A DNA stretch of 64,000 nt, taken from the NCBI GenBank assembly GCA_034226945.1, contig CP120462.1, forward strand, positions 248,001-312,000, written 5' to 3'. This stretch comes from Picochlorum sp. SENEW3. Its lineage: Eukaryota. The position numbers were made by a program, and so were the translations under genes. Positions 51,399-63,035 of the stretch are shown in pieces. How positions within the stretch are numbered: the stretch's first letter is position 1; each line of letters begins with the position of its first letter. The notes below the pieces were generated by a model. It saw only the letters and a list, made by a program, of their open reading frames with translations, was not told the DNA's origin and made no database searches.

Positions 51399-54300
51399 TC
51401 AGATATTCCTACTTAGAGACTGCGCACACAGCATTTGCAAGCCGTTCTGGTGGAGGGCGGGGAAACCACACAAATCCATCTTCTCAGAAATTGCAGAAAG
51501 TGTACTCCATAGATCTAGAATCTTTTGTTCTTGCTCTGCACTATCTGAACTCAACACTTGTAAAATCGATGCTAATAGTCGCGGGAAAGCTGCCGTTATG
51601 GATCGCACGGCAAAGTTTCCACAAGTAAAATCAATATCTTTCTGACCTTCCACAGAGCCTGATTCCTACACAATCAAATGCAAACATGTGTTACGCAAAG
51701 TTCGAATAGAGAGTTTAGCTCATCAACCACGCACGTGAAAGTAGCCTAGTACGCTGGGAGAAACCCCCCTGTTGCGAAAAGCATTGTCGATCTCTACGCC
51801 TGGAACACCTGCAACAACATATCTATCAGTTGCGATCTTCATGGATGATGGGATATCTTTCACATATGACATACCTTCAAAAGATCGCTGCAGGTATCGA
51901 TCAAACACGAAATTTTCACTGGTATCATTATATAAAATTTGTCTGTCGGGTTCGCTGTCTCCAAGTCTAATGGGAGATTCCAGATACCTATTGGACCGTA
52001 CATCTATCTGATCGACAATCCTTTGATGTGTTGCCAAAACGTAAAAATGTCGGAGAGCTTGCAGATGGGCTCTATTATCCGAGGATGAAACAGATAATGC
52101 CGGAAAGATCGACATTACGAGATAAGCAACTGCAGGAAAGAAGCATGTGAGCATAAATTTAGATGATCACGCGGGAAATTTGTGTGCGTACCGTCTTCTG
52201 TTGATGTCCCAAAAGTTCGCATGCCACCCGACAAGAAGAGAAAGCCCGTAGCCATCGATAAACCTACGTATGATCCGTACGTGATCGCATTCTGACTATT
52301 TGATGCTGTTGGGACCCTATTGAGCAATGCTGTACAGATTGCGATGGAAATGTTATCGGCGGTTGCGTCGACTGTGAGACAAAACGGTGCAACGTACCTC
52401 TGCAAATGGAGAATGTGGATAAATCGCCTGAGCCTGCCATCAAGACCGCTAAAGACAGCGCACAGTCGACAATGCAGCTTTCTAGAATTTCTAAATTTTC
52501 TTTCTGTTCTCTATTTCCCTGACACTCTGACTTCCTTCTCAAAAAGTAATTCAGATGCTTTTCAATCAAACCCTGCACGGTGCGATTCTCTGAGCCAGCA
52601 AAGCGTATTCCGAGAGCCAAGCAACATCCCGATAACAAGAAGAATCGTGCCTTAAGAATGCGAAAATGGATATCAGATGTAGCGGAAATACGATCGGCGA
52701 AGTGTGCAAAAATGATTTTCGTACCTGGGAAAGCAGATAGATATCTGGGTCTGAATACTTCGACAAATCTGTTGTCTGCAAAGAAAGGAATGGCGAATAT
52801 TTGGCGAAATCACAGAAGTGAAAGGACGAATTAGCGAACCTACCTCATGCAGGAATCCAGGAATCTGGGCATCGATCCAATCAGCAGAGGCATCGAGGTC
52901 ATCCCAAAGAATTAGATTTTTCATCAATACCCGAAGGCAGAGGTGTTGGGGGTTGCAAAGGCGTAATTCGAAGATTGAATCTGAAAGAACAAATAGTAGT
53001 GTCAAGGAGCAATGTGACATACAGGACGAGTCCCTGACCAGTGTACGTACCAGGTATGTGAAATATTTCTGCAACACGTCTTTTCCCACTCTTGAGATAC
53101 ATGAATCCCAGGGCCACGGTAGCTGCAGGTGAGGTTGTATTCAGGTTAATGAGATCTCCCTCCATAATTGTCCTTGCATCTGCCTGAGCTGCAGCAAGCT
53201 CCTCTGCCACTCCTGAAGACCTATTCGAATCTTTCCCTGGATTTTGGACGCTTGAAGATATCAATTCATTGATGAAGTCCTCTGCATAATAGATTTCTAT
53301 TTGAGTGGTTCTGAGTTTCTTACTATACGATAAAAAAAGAAGCATACCTTGGCAATAGTCACCATTCACGTCACACACTTTTGCAAGGGTTGATTTTCTT
53401 GCCACGTTACCAAATCTGGTCCCACCAACCATCAGATATCTGTATACCATCAAAATTTGTTATCATTAAACCAGGAAGATTGCGCGAGAATCATGGTGAC
53501 ATACTGTAATTTTGCTTCCATGCCAGGGTCTGCCCCTTTTCCTAAGCACACCAACCCCAGAGCAAAGCCGGCACAGAGAGAATAACTTTTAAAGCCTTTC
53601 GTGAAATCCTGTGAGAAACAAAAAGAATTTAAGTTGTTTTTGATAGGACAAGTAGATATATATTATCGCTGTTCACCGAAAAGGAGTTACATACATTTAC
53701 TTGTTTCTTCTTGTCCTCGCTGTCCTGTCTTGGACTTCTCTCAATTTCCTGTAACAATGTTTCTACTATCGACCTGCAAAACTCAAACATCGAATAAACC
53801 ATACAGCGTGTGTATCTAAAATATTAGAATAAATTTACCTTTGCGCTGAGCCCAAATACAATTGCCCCAGCCCAATTAGGGATGCACATTGGACTACTGG
53901 TGAAATCTCCAGGTCTGGATACCCTATTGGATGTCTTGCTGGCAAATGCAAAAATAACATCTTTGTCAGGGTAGAATCCATTGAGCATCTTTTTGAAGAA
54001 CTCGTTCCTAACAAGACGCCAACTAATGTGGGATCATGTTCATGGCTTAGATAGCTGTACAAATCTGTCATTGTCAAGCAGGATAGTTGCCCTGTCAGAC
54101 CTAGCCCCAGCAGGATACCTGCATGCTCATATGATGGTTCATCTGATTTGTTATAAACAATCCATGTTCTACTGAGCGTTCCACCGGGTGCTATCCGGAG
54201 AGCAGAAGCAACTCCATTGTGAAACTCTGGCCATGCTGTCAATTTGCAAACAGCACCCCCTCCTGGAGCAGGCAACTCCTGCGTCAAATCAAGATTGACA

Positions 54301-56595
54301 ATAGCATCGTTCCTATCAACAACACGTCCTGATAGATTTACTCTGCAGATGTTAAGTGGCTCTGTTGGGAGAGATTGATGTGTGCAGAGCGCCATCGCAC
54401 CCCTACCAACACAAACTGCAAGAGTTCTGTTGCTAAGGAGCTTAAGCTGCTGCTGTTGCATGTCCGCTTCTCCTGCATGTGCAGAATCATTGAGGAAAAG
54501 TGGAACTGGGTCAGAGGAAGACAGAATTTTTCTAGCTTCGAATACACGAGTATCTCTACCAAACCTGTGCTCCATCATTTCTGGAGTGAGGTTATCAACA
54601 TAGCCATCGATGCTTTCCAATATACTATTGACGTCCTCATCCATCCTTGGAATAATCACATCCTCGTGGAACATATTATAAGCTGGATCTTGTAAGCTCC
54701 AAATTTTTGACTGCGCTGCAAAGTCTGGTCGATCTAAAAGAACAAAACCAGGTGCACTCTGCAGTTGATTAGGATCAGTTGCGGCAATTTTCAGGAGGAG
54801 AAATACCGGTATTGCAAGGTTGAAAGGAAGTTTCTGGACGTCTTCTAACGTCCAATTATTTCTGACTAAGTAATCAGTCATTGCTCTTGCAATGGACAGA
54901 GATCCATTCCTTAAGGTCTCTGGATGCTCCTCATCATTGAACAGACGGCACAGATCCTTCACATGGCTGCAAATCTCAATAGCATCTTTCGTGCGCTTGC
55001 CGGTTTCATTCCCACAAAGTAGATTATAACTTGGCAAAGGATTGCTATACTTGCCCATGCCTTCGTGCACGAGATGCATATCAAGAGCATTGAGACATAA
55101 TTCAGATAAGAAATGGTTCTCTGAAATTTTGTTTGGCTCGTGGCTTTCCCTGAACACATTATGAAGAATACTAGAGTGCTCGTTAGACTCCTGTAAAATG
55201 TCATATGGATTTTCTAGCATATGTTGAACTTCTTCATCGGGTGTGAGAAGATTTCTCCAATCGAGAAGATGCTCATTTGCTCGCCCGGCTAGAGGGAAAT
55301 GCACACAATCTAAATTCTCCCTCATCCATGATGAGATTGGCAAAATAGAAAGGCGAACCCTCGATTCCTGACCATCAAGAGATTTGATAGTAGCGTTACA
55401 GCCCGAAACATCGGATATGTCTCCAAATGCCGTTGCTGTTGGGAATGGCACACAGTGTCCTGGTGCGAGGCTAATCAATGCATGTTCCTGTTCTGTTTGT
55501 AAGACCAAGTCGAAGAGTCTTCTCTCTCCGTCTGAACTCCAAAGGCATAAGGACCCATCTCTCAACAGAGCCAACAGGAATCGACTAGAAACGTCCATGT
55601 GAAGAGGGAGAACTTTCATTATTGAAGCATCCATAACCTTCTCACCAGTAACAACAAAGTCTTTCAAGTACCACAGGATCACGGATGATCCTTCACTAGA
55701 TCTTGAATCCTGTCCAGCGTCATTCAATACGAGAATATGGTTTCCAGTATGGCTTTCCTCGAGCATCTCAATATGTACTTGCCCACGGATTTTTTTCTCC
55801 TTCAATCCTTCCAAATGAATCTCCCCACCCTGGCGAACAACAACCCTCCACAGTCGAATGGACATGCATTGTCCTATAGATACACAAGTTGCTACTATAG
55901 GAAGCCGAGATGAAGACCAGACAACTTTTCCTATTCTTTCCCCGCCAGGGATGCGAACATCAATCATAGGCTCCTCATGATGCTTCAAAAAGGAAATCTT
56001 GTTTGCCGAATGATTTACGAGCAGCACACCTCGATACGTGGGAAAGATACTATCATAGTGCTCCAGGAGAGGAATTATCTTGTTGGAGGAGCTGAGGTCG
56101 TAGATGTACAGCAAACGCCCTTTCAGAAGACATGGTACAGGCCTGGATGTACTACAGCTCTCCAAAAATACCCAGGCTATCTTGGTTGGGGAGATCCTGG
56201 AGGAGATATCTCCCACTTCTCGGACTTTGATCTTTTGTAGCAGCCATCTATTCGATGAAGTCTTATTGCTGTACCACAGGTAATCCTCCTTCTCGATCAG
56301 TCGCTGTAACTCTAGCTCCCTGGCAGTTGAACACCTGCTCGACAGAAATTCCGGTTGTGCGGGACTCGTTACGAATTGAAACGCATTCAAATACGTCAAA
56401 CATACGAATTACAATTCTTAATATCGAAAACAAAGCGTACCCGTCAGAATTAAGCTCTCGATACAAAGGAAGAACGACTTGCGATTCAATCCATTCGTCG
56501 TCCTCTATCTGTATTTGGGCTTCGTTTGATGCCGATAAAGAAGCGCGACGAACATCGTCAGGAAGGTAAACCTTGGTCGGTTTTCCTGGAATCAT
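51399..56595 (-). CDS. APC1: Anaphase-promoting complex subunit 1 (multi-exon; first intron 56335-56440, several more 51650-53840)
   Basis: RTLAVCVGRG, WPEFHNGVAS.LRI, HAGILLGLGLTG, TSPAATVALG.MYLK, VLMAGSGDL, MATGFLFLSGG and DNRAHLQALRHFYVLA. Confidence 0.9.
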
Positions 56596-56860
56596 TTTGA
56601 TTTATTTATTCTGGCGTTAGGCCACTGCAGGTGCTTGCCGTTCATGTACGATGTCTCTCTACATGGAAAGGATGGATCCATGCGATTTTCAATCTTATAC
56701 AACTATCCTAGGATCCATTATATATTGTGCAATGTCAAAAGAAGAATCACGTAAATGCCTGGCCTAGATGAACCGAGAAATTTGTGAGATTACATGCTTC
56801 AAACAATTTGAAAAGACACTGCCCAAGAATAAAAAAGGACGTTTGAATGAGGATGCCAAC

Positions 56861-57757
56861 TCAAGCACATTGAAGAGCTGTATCGATACTATTTGCTATA
56901 TCTTGCACGTCAAAAGAAAAATTTCTCAAGGCACTGCCATTTTGAGAACTCTCCGATGCGTTCTTTGCATGATTTGCAATCCAAGATTTTAATTTTTTCA
57001 TATATGGCCAGACATTGAAGAATTTGTGCCGGCCACCAAGTTCATTCACAAAGAGGCGCTTGCTCTCTGCCTTGGAAGAAGGCAGATCTTCTATCAGATG
57101 CCAACCAAACGCTCCGATTTCTCCTCTAACATGTGGAGCGAACAACGTATCTTCTTGGACACCTTGGACTATAAATAATTTAGTTGCTTGGTCTCCAAGT
57201 GTCAATTGAATGTAGTGTTTTTTCACCAATTTATCTGTGATATCGAATCCAGTCTCCTCCAAAACTTCTCTGATTGCACATTCTTCGTCAGTCTCATTAA
57301 GAGACAGCTTGCCCTTGGGAAATCCCCAGCCAGACCCTTCCTTGAAACCTCGAACCAGGAGGCATTTTTTCATTTTCGGATCCAACAGGATTGCACCACG
57401 CACAGGAACTGTTCTCTTGTACTCATTGAAAGCTGTATATATCTGCTCTAAAGACCCACGAAAGGGTTCTAAACCAGGGCATTTTTCGAAAATGAGACCA
57501 GTAAACTGTTTCAACCCAAGAGACCGAAGACCATACTTGTGACGAACGTGGTCTTCATAGTGCCACCATGCCTGTTCCACTGAGAATAGAAGTCGCTCAA
57601 AGGACCTGTAATATCCAATATCAAAACGAATGTGAAATGAACTGCCGTATGGGAATCACGAATGAAAACGGCACACGCACTCTAACTCTGTTGCTGGAAG
57701 TGACAAAATAAAACGAACACAAAGATCGTCCAGAAGATCCGGAGAAGGATCTGCCAT
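56861..57757 (-). CDS. DCP2: mRNA decapping enzyme Dcp2 (intron 57606-57680)
   Basis: Box A LLDDLCVRFIL..P..ELE|SFERLLFSVEQAWWHYED and Nudix box WGFPKGK...E.DEECAIREVLEETG. Confidence 0.95.
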
Positions 57758-58061
57758 AACTATATAACTATATGGATATTATATTGTAATTTTGCAGAAC
57801 AAGAGTCGTGAAACATCATCATGAATGATCCCAGGTCTCATGAGACGAGTGCGAGGGACGACCATCACGGAATGGTGGCTTGCCTTCTGGTGCTGTGGCA
57901 GCTGACATGGAGTATTATGTATGCCAACATGCTTTTCGTTCCATAATGCCCTCATTTCGCTGGCGCTGTGCGACGGTACGGCGAAAATGGGGTATTCCAT
58001 ATGATCAAATACTACAGGAAATTCACCCCTGACACCTCTTTGATTCTTTCAAAGGCAGTGT

Positions 58062-58180
58062 AGCTGGTGACGAAAGTCGCGTAGGTTCGAATCCTGCAGG
58101 CAGCGACGTAACAGTTGCAAAAGTGATTTCGTCCGATTGGACCGCTGCTTTGGCCGAGTGGTTAAGGCGCCAGCCTGCTA
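58062..58180 (+). tRNA. trnS-GCU: Circularly permuted tRNA-Ser(GCU): 3' half 58062-58105, 38-nt spacer, 5' half 58144-58180
   Basis: Joining 5' half + 3' half gives an 81-nt cloverleaf: acceptor GCTGCTT/AGGCAGC with G73, D arm, anticodon stem CCAGC/GCTGG with loop CTGCTAA, long variable arm GAC-GAAA-GTC, T arm GTAGG-TTCGAAT-CCTGC. Confidence 0.93.
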
Positions 58181-58197
58181 TCATTCCTTTGAATGAC

Positions 58198-58202
58198 TTT
58201 TT
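58198..58202 (+). terminator. Putative Pol III T-run terminator of the permuted tRNA gene
   Basis: TTTTT 17 nt after the end of the 5' half, just past the trailer segment complementary to the leader. Confidence 0.6.
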
Positions 58203-58350
58203 GTACCTTGCCCAGTACTGTTTGTTTGTCTGCGCATGATTTTTTTCTAGATTTTGCAGTGAAGTTTCGGTCAATTGTAAATTGTTGCTCGCTCGCTTCC
58301 CGCAACACAGTCCCACGAGGCGTTCTGGCGCATTAGCCTCACTCGACGCT

Positions 58351-59634
58351 ATGGCCACCAGAAATATTGATACCTCGGTCGATAGCCATCATTATGAGTT
58401 CTTTGGACCAGTGGTTGGGCCTTTGGGAATCATCTTAGGATTGCCCGCTGTGTGTTATGCCCTTGTTTTCCTGTGCCACGCTGAGACATGTTTCAGTCTT
58501 GGCTCGCCGCTGAGGTCTTTGTCGTGGGATTTCAGAATATTCACATGGGAAGCTGCCCTTGTTTTCCTGGGGTGGCTATTGTTCCAAGTGGCTTTGCATT
58601 TAATTCTACCAGGAGAAAAAATCGAAGGAACAAAATTGGCAGATGGCTCAAGGCTGACATACAAGCTGACAGGCCTAAAGAACTTTGTTATAACGGTCAG
58701 TTTAGCGCTTTATTTTGGATTTGTCAGGAATGATTTGAATTTGTCGTGGCTGTATGACAACTATGTCCCGTTAATGACATCTGCGATAGGTTTCTCTCTG
58801 GTGTTCTCTGCCTACTTGTATGCCAGATCATTTGTGCCTGGCAGGCTCCTTGCTTCTGAAGGAAGCTGTTCAGGGAATGTAATTTATGAATTCTTTCTTG
58901 GGCGTGAACTAAATCCTCGTGTTGGATCCTTGGACTTAAAAGAATTCTGTGAACTCTATCCCGGGCTGATTGGCTGGGTAATCCTCAACCTGGGCATGGC
59001 GCACAAGCAGCTTTCAACGACAGGGACAATCTCTGCCCCAATGGTTCTGGTGAACATTTTCCAGGCCATATATGTGTTAGACTCTCTAGTATTTGAGAGA
59101 GCCATTTTGACGACAATGGATATCACCACAGATGGATTTGGCTTTATGTTGGCCTTTGGAGATTTAGCGTGGGTGCCGTTCACGTACTCTCTGCAGACAA
59201 GGATATTGGTGACACGCTCTCCTTCCCTGCCTTGGATAGCTCTGGCTGGTATTATCTGCTTGAAAATACTAGGCTACTTAACATTCCGAGGATCTAATTC
59301 TCAGAAGGACTTGTTTCGTCGAAATCCAAATGATCCTGCTGTAGCACACTTGAGGACTCTGCCAACAGAAAGGGGTACAAAACTGATAACCTCAGGTTGG
59401 TGGGGAGTCTCGAGGCATATAAATTATTTTGGAGACTGGCTGATGGGTGTTGCATGGTGCCTTCCAGCTGGGACGGAATCTGGCATCGTCCCATACTTTT
59501 ATGCCATTTATTTTGCAATTTTATTGGTTCATCGAGAGTTGAGAGACGAAGAGGCATGTAGAAAGAAATACAAGGCTGACTACGACAAGTACTGCAAAAT
59601 CGTACCATATAGAATTGTTCCATTCTTATATTGA
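58351..59634 (+). CDS. ERG24: Delta14-sterol reductase (ERG24/FACKEL family)
   Basis: YEFFGP, FFLGRELNPR, LTTMDITTDGFGFMLAFGDL, RGSNSQKD.FR and GWWGVSRHINYFGD. Confidence 0.93.
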   Translation: MATRNIDTSVDSHHYEFFGPVVGPLGIILGLPAVCYALVFLCHAETCFSLGSPLRSLSWDFRIFTWEAALVFLGWLLFQVALHLILPGEKIEGTKLADGSRLTYKLTGLKNFVITVSLALYFGFVRNDLNLSWLYDNYVPLMTSAIGFSLVFSAYLYARSFVPGRLLASEGSCSGNVIYEFFLGRELNPRVGSLDLKEFCELYPGLIGWVILNLGMAHKQLSTTGTISAPMVLVNIFQAIYVLDSLVFERAILTTMDITTDGFGFMLAFGDLAWVPFTYSLQTRILVTRSPSLPWIALAGIICLKILGYLTFRGSNSQKDLFRRNPNDPAVAHLRTLPTERGTKLITSGWWGVSRHINYFGDWLMGVAWCLPAGTESGIVPYFYAIYFAILLVHRELRDEEACRKKYKADYDKYCKIVPYRIVPFLY

Positions 59635-59780
59635 TAAGCAGCGATGTAAAGGTTTAGCTGTGACAAATGATGATGATTTTTGCTCTTGCCAGTATCGCTC
59701 AAATATTTTGCAGTGGAGGAAGGAGAGCAGAATCTTCAGAAGAGGCTCTGATCTGTTATACGTAAAGGTAATTTATTAAC

Positions 59781-61286
59781 TTATTCTATATAAGCATAAT
59801 CCTGAAGTCTCTTGATGTCCTGGAGCATCAGGTGAATGAAAAAGTATGTTTCCTCTGGATTGGCTACCCATAGAATTGGACAGCAGTCCCTCGTGGCTGA
59901 ATCATTCCCAGAATCAGTAAAACGATCTCCAACGTGCAGTACTTGCTCAGGTGAAAAATTCAGATAGTTCATCAGGGCTTGTAAGCCCAGTAGTTTGTTT
60001 CCAACGTCCACAAAAACATCATTACCTCCATTAAAAGCACAAAATGGGAGATCACTCTCGAGTCGAGTCTGAACTACAATAGCTAAATCTTCTAAAACTT
60101 CATAGATTGTCGGGCCTTTCGGAATCACGCCCACAGCTCTCTCTTTCCGAAGAACATCCACAGGAAGTCGCAATCGTGCTGCGCCATCCAACAACATCGA
60201 CTCTGCCTTGGTCAGCAGATTGTTGATATCTTCCTGCTTCCACGACATCATATAACTGGATTTCCACTCTTCCTCTGGAACAAACTCCAACCTTCTTCGA
60301 TATGTCTTGTCACACGTTGCCACTCGTAAAAGGTAGTTACATTCGCCTCCCATGATGTGGAATCTGTCAGTCACTGACTTGGGCAAGTCTAATCTGGAGA
60401 AGGCAGCCAACAATCCTTCTACACGTTGCTCAAATTTATGTGCATCATTCGGATAGCCTGCCGCTGTCACGATAGCTACATGCACGCCTCTCTTCATCAG
60501 GGATATGATTAAATGAATCATATCATTGTCGTGCTGCATATGAGCTCCATCAGCATACAAAGTTCCATCTGCATCGAATGTCAAAAGCTTCAAGGTATCA
60601 GCTGATGAATGAACTTGAGCAATATTCAAAATGTGTCTGATTTCAGCGAAATTGGGTGGAACATATTGGCGCCTAGACAGAGCGAAAAACTCGTCATACT
60701 CAAGGAAAGCTTCAACCATACGCAATGGAGTATAGAAGACCTCCACTGTTGGGACCATTCGCCGGAGCTTTGACGCCCTTGGCTCTCTTCTATGTTCAGA
60801 TATCCATTTATCCAACTTTTCCATAACTTCCAAACTAGTATGGGTCTCATGCATATCCAATAAAAATTGGATGAATTTATCTTGCTCCTTCAGGTGCCCC
60901 TTTCTACGAAGGACACCAGCATCCGAAGCACTTCTCGCTCGGGGACCGAATATTTCTGGCTCGGGGGAAGAGAGTAATTCTTCCCATACAAGCATGTTAG
61001 TCTCCATCAGTTTGGGAGCCACATCATCATCGATATCACTCTCTGAACCCATGTGGTCCTGAGAATTTCTGCCTGTCTCTCGGCCCTCTGCAGAAGATGC
61101 TCGTGTTGCATTCCAACATCTCTCAGAACGATTAGATACGCTATAATTTTGTCTAGGGTGAGAAAAATCTATCCGACGCTTCGCAAAATCAAAGCAACGA
61201 GTCTTCACGGCGATGCTGGTTTGCATTGAAGAGAGAGCCATTGCAAAGGACGTGTATTCTTTGCCCAGAAGGCTTTTACATTTCAT
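59781..61286 (-). CDS. ISN1: IMP-specific 5'-nucleotidase (HAD family) with probable transit peptide
   Basis: RQYVPPNFAEIRHILN, LTFDADGTLY, VTAAGY, FNGGNDVFVDVGNK and LHVGDRF. Confidence 0.9.
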   Translation of the reverse strand: MKCKSLLGKEYTSFAMALSSMQTSIAVKTRCFDFAKRRIDFSHPRQNYSVSNRSERCWNATRASSAEGRETGRNSQDHMGSESDIDDDVAPKLMETNMLVWEELLSSPEPEIFGPRARSASDAGVLRRKGHLKEQDKFIQFLLDMHETHTSLEVMEKLDKWISEHRREPRASKLRRMVPTVEVFYTPLRMVEAFLEYDEFFALSRRQYVPPNFAEIRHILNIAQVHSSADTLKLLTFDADGTLYADGAHMQHDNDMIHLIISLMKRGVHVAIVTAAGYPNDAHKFEQRVEGLLAAFSRLDLPKSVTDRFHIMGGECNYLLRVATCDKTYRRRLEFVPEEEWKSSYMMSWKQEDINNLLTKAESMLLDGAARLRLPVDVLRKERAVGVIPKGPTIYEVLEDLAIVVQTRLESDLPFCAFNGGNDVFVDVGNKLLGLQALMNYLNFSPEQVLHVGDRFTDSGNDSATRDCCPILWVANPEETYFFIHLMLQDIKRLQDYAYIE

Positions 61287-61517
61287 ATGAATATATATAC
61301 ATATCTTTAATCAACTTTAAATGACGAAAGCTTCCTTAGACTTGATTGAAGTGCCGCTCACTTGGCTTTCGCAAGTCATTTTCTAAGGCTCTCGGTCAGA
61401 GGTGGTGGTTGATGGTAAAGAGTTTTCGGTAGCATGCTCTTGCAATCCTCGCGTACCCGTGGTCGTTTTGTCCCGAAGTGACACGTGCTGTCAGAAATAT
61501 TGAACATAAAACTCACA

Positions 61518-62933
61518 ATGTACTCTCTCAGTGCCAGTCAGAATGCAAATCGGGCTTGCAATCCTTTTCCTCTCAAACGCAGCTTGAAAGGATTGCGCCC
61601 AAGCGCTGCTTACTCACCAAATTTCGGTGGAAGTAATTTCGACAACAATAAAAGCCCCAAACTAGTGATTCCAGGCGAAGATGGGCCGGCAAAGCGTCCA
61701 GGAGGAGGGTCTTTGATTCTTCCTGGCGGTAGTAGTGACGGACCAAAAAGTCCGGAAGCGCCTGGAGTTGCCATCAACCAGAACTTCCGGCCACCACCAG
61801 GATTCATGAACGCAGCAGATGATGACGTTCCAGCCGAACAGAACCTGTCCGTGGACGAAATGTTGAGGAATTTGCAGTCTCAGGCAGGCCTCTGGCACCA
61901 ACTTGCAGCATATTTACCAAAATTGCAGCGAGAAGGAATCGACGGCAGTATAATCGAAGAGATGACTGGCATCGATAGAAGAACACAGAATATGTGGGTC
62001 AATAGCAGCATGGTCTACGGATCATTGAGAAAAAGTGGAGAATTTTCAGATTTGAAGTATTTTGACCAACCTGGAGGGGAAAATCTTCTGCACGAGCTCA
62101 GGTTTTTATCAGCAAGTCAAAGAATTTCCACAGCAAAGTACATTGCAGAGAATCAGCTGGATGACAAGGAGAGTGTGATCCTGGCAAGAGCTGTGAAGGA
62201 GCAAGAGAGAAGGAAGGGGGAACGAGAAGGATTCTCCGATTCTCCTGGAGATTGTCTCGCATTCAAATACTACAGAGATGCTTTGGAGAACAGCAAAGAA
62301 GAAGATGCTCAGAATTATGTTGCCAAAGGCCTGGAAGTGGCGGAAAGTGAAACAGCAAAAGAGGCTCTGCGACGGTTGGAGTCCAACAACAGTGAGGAAA
62401 GCCTGTCATCTGCAGAATCTGCTAAATTGGACTTCGTTAGGTTGATGAAAGAAGAAGTAGGGTACCGTCCAATTCCTCTTGTTGGAACATTGCAAAATTT
62501 GGTCGTCGATTCTGTGAAAAATGCCCCAAAAGTTACGTCATCAGGAGTCTTTGGCAAATTTTCTATACCACAAGAGGGTGTTAGCTCAGATTGGCTGCCA
62601 CTTCCTGCTTGGTCATCTTTGTCGTTGGCAACGCACCCAGTCGCTATTGAGGTACCCAACTGCATGGATGTCCAGGTGTTACGCCGGGTGACACGGATTC
62701 AGACGGAGAGGGATGCACTCAAACTGCAAGGTGAAGGTATCATCGTTATAGACATTCATCCAGAAACCACTGATGATCCGACGTCATACTACATAGGTAT
62801 TGGAGCAAGCAGTACCTCGTTTGATGTACTGGAACTTAAGGATATCCCAGACCATTCCTCCATCCTTGGGAAAGTTCTTTTTGTCTGTAGACCACCTTCC
62901 AGGGATTCCATCGTGTTTGATGCTGAGATTTAG
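61518..62933 (+). CDS. RAF1: Rubisco accumulation factor 1, plastid-targeted
   Basis: FRPPP, GLWHQLA..LPKL, IEEMTGI, LLHELRFLS, FSDSPGDCLAF, WLPLPAW and LGKVLFVCRPP. Confidence 0.88.
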   Translation: MYSLSASQNANRACNPFPLKRSLKGLRPSAAYSPNFGGSNFDNNKSPKLVIPGEDGPAKRPGGGSLILPGGSSDGPKSPEAPGVAINQNFRPPPGFMNAADDDVPAEQNLSVDEMLRNLQSQAGLWHQLAAYLPKLQREGIDGSIIEEMTGIDRRTQNMWVNSSMVYGSLRKSGEFSDLKYFDQPGGENLLHELRFLSASQRISTAKYIAENQLDDKESVILARAVKEQERRKGEREGFSDSPGDCLAFKYYRDALENSKEEDAQNYVAKGLEVAESETAKEALRRLESNNSEESLSSAESAKLDFVRLMKEEVGYRPIPLVGTLQNLVVDSVKNAPKVTSSGVFGKFSIPQEGVSSDWLPLPAWSSLSLATHPVAIEVPNCMDVQVLRRVTRIQTERDALKLQGEGIIVIDIHPETTDDPTSYYIGIGASSTSFDVLELKDIPDHSSILGKVLFVCRPPSRDSIVFDAEI

Positions 62934-63035
62934 ATTTGCTTTACAGGATGCATTATTTTCTCGAAATTAGTGCCTACACATATAAATCTTTACAAAGATC
63001 ACAAGATTGGAAGAAGAACCAGCAGCAGTTGTTTT

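Noticed and set aside
51399..53840. Fragmented APC1 C-terminal ORFs as a pseudogene
   Set aside because: The breaks lie near GT-AG signals at typical intron spacing and the conserved motifs are in order; consistent with introns.
58023..58358. 111-aa minus-strand ORF over the tRNA locus
   Set aside because: Antisense shadow of the tRNA halves and the ERG24 start; no protein motif.
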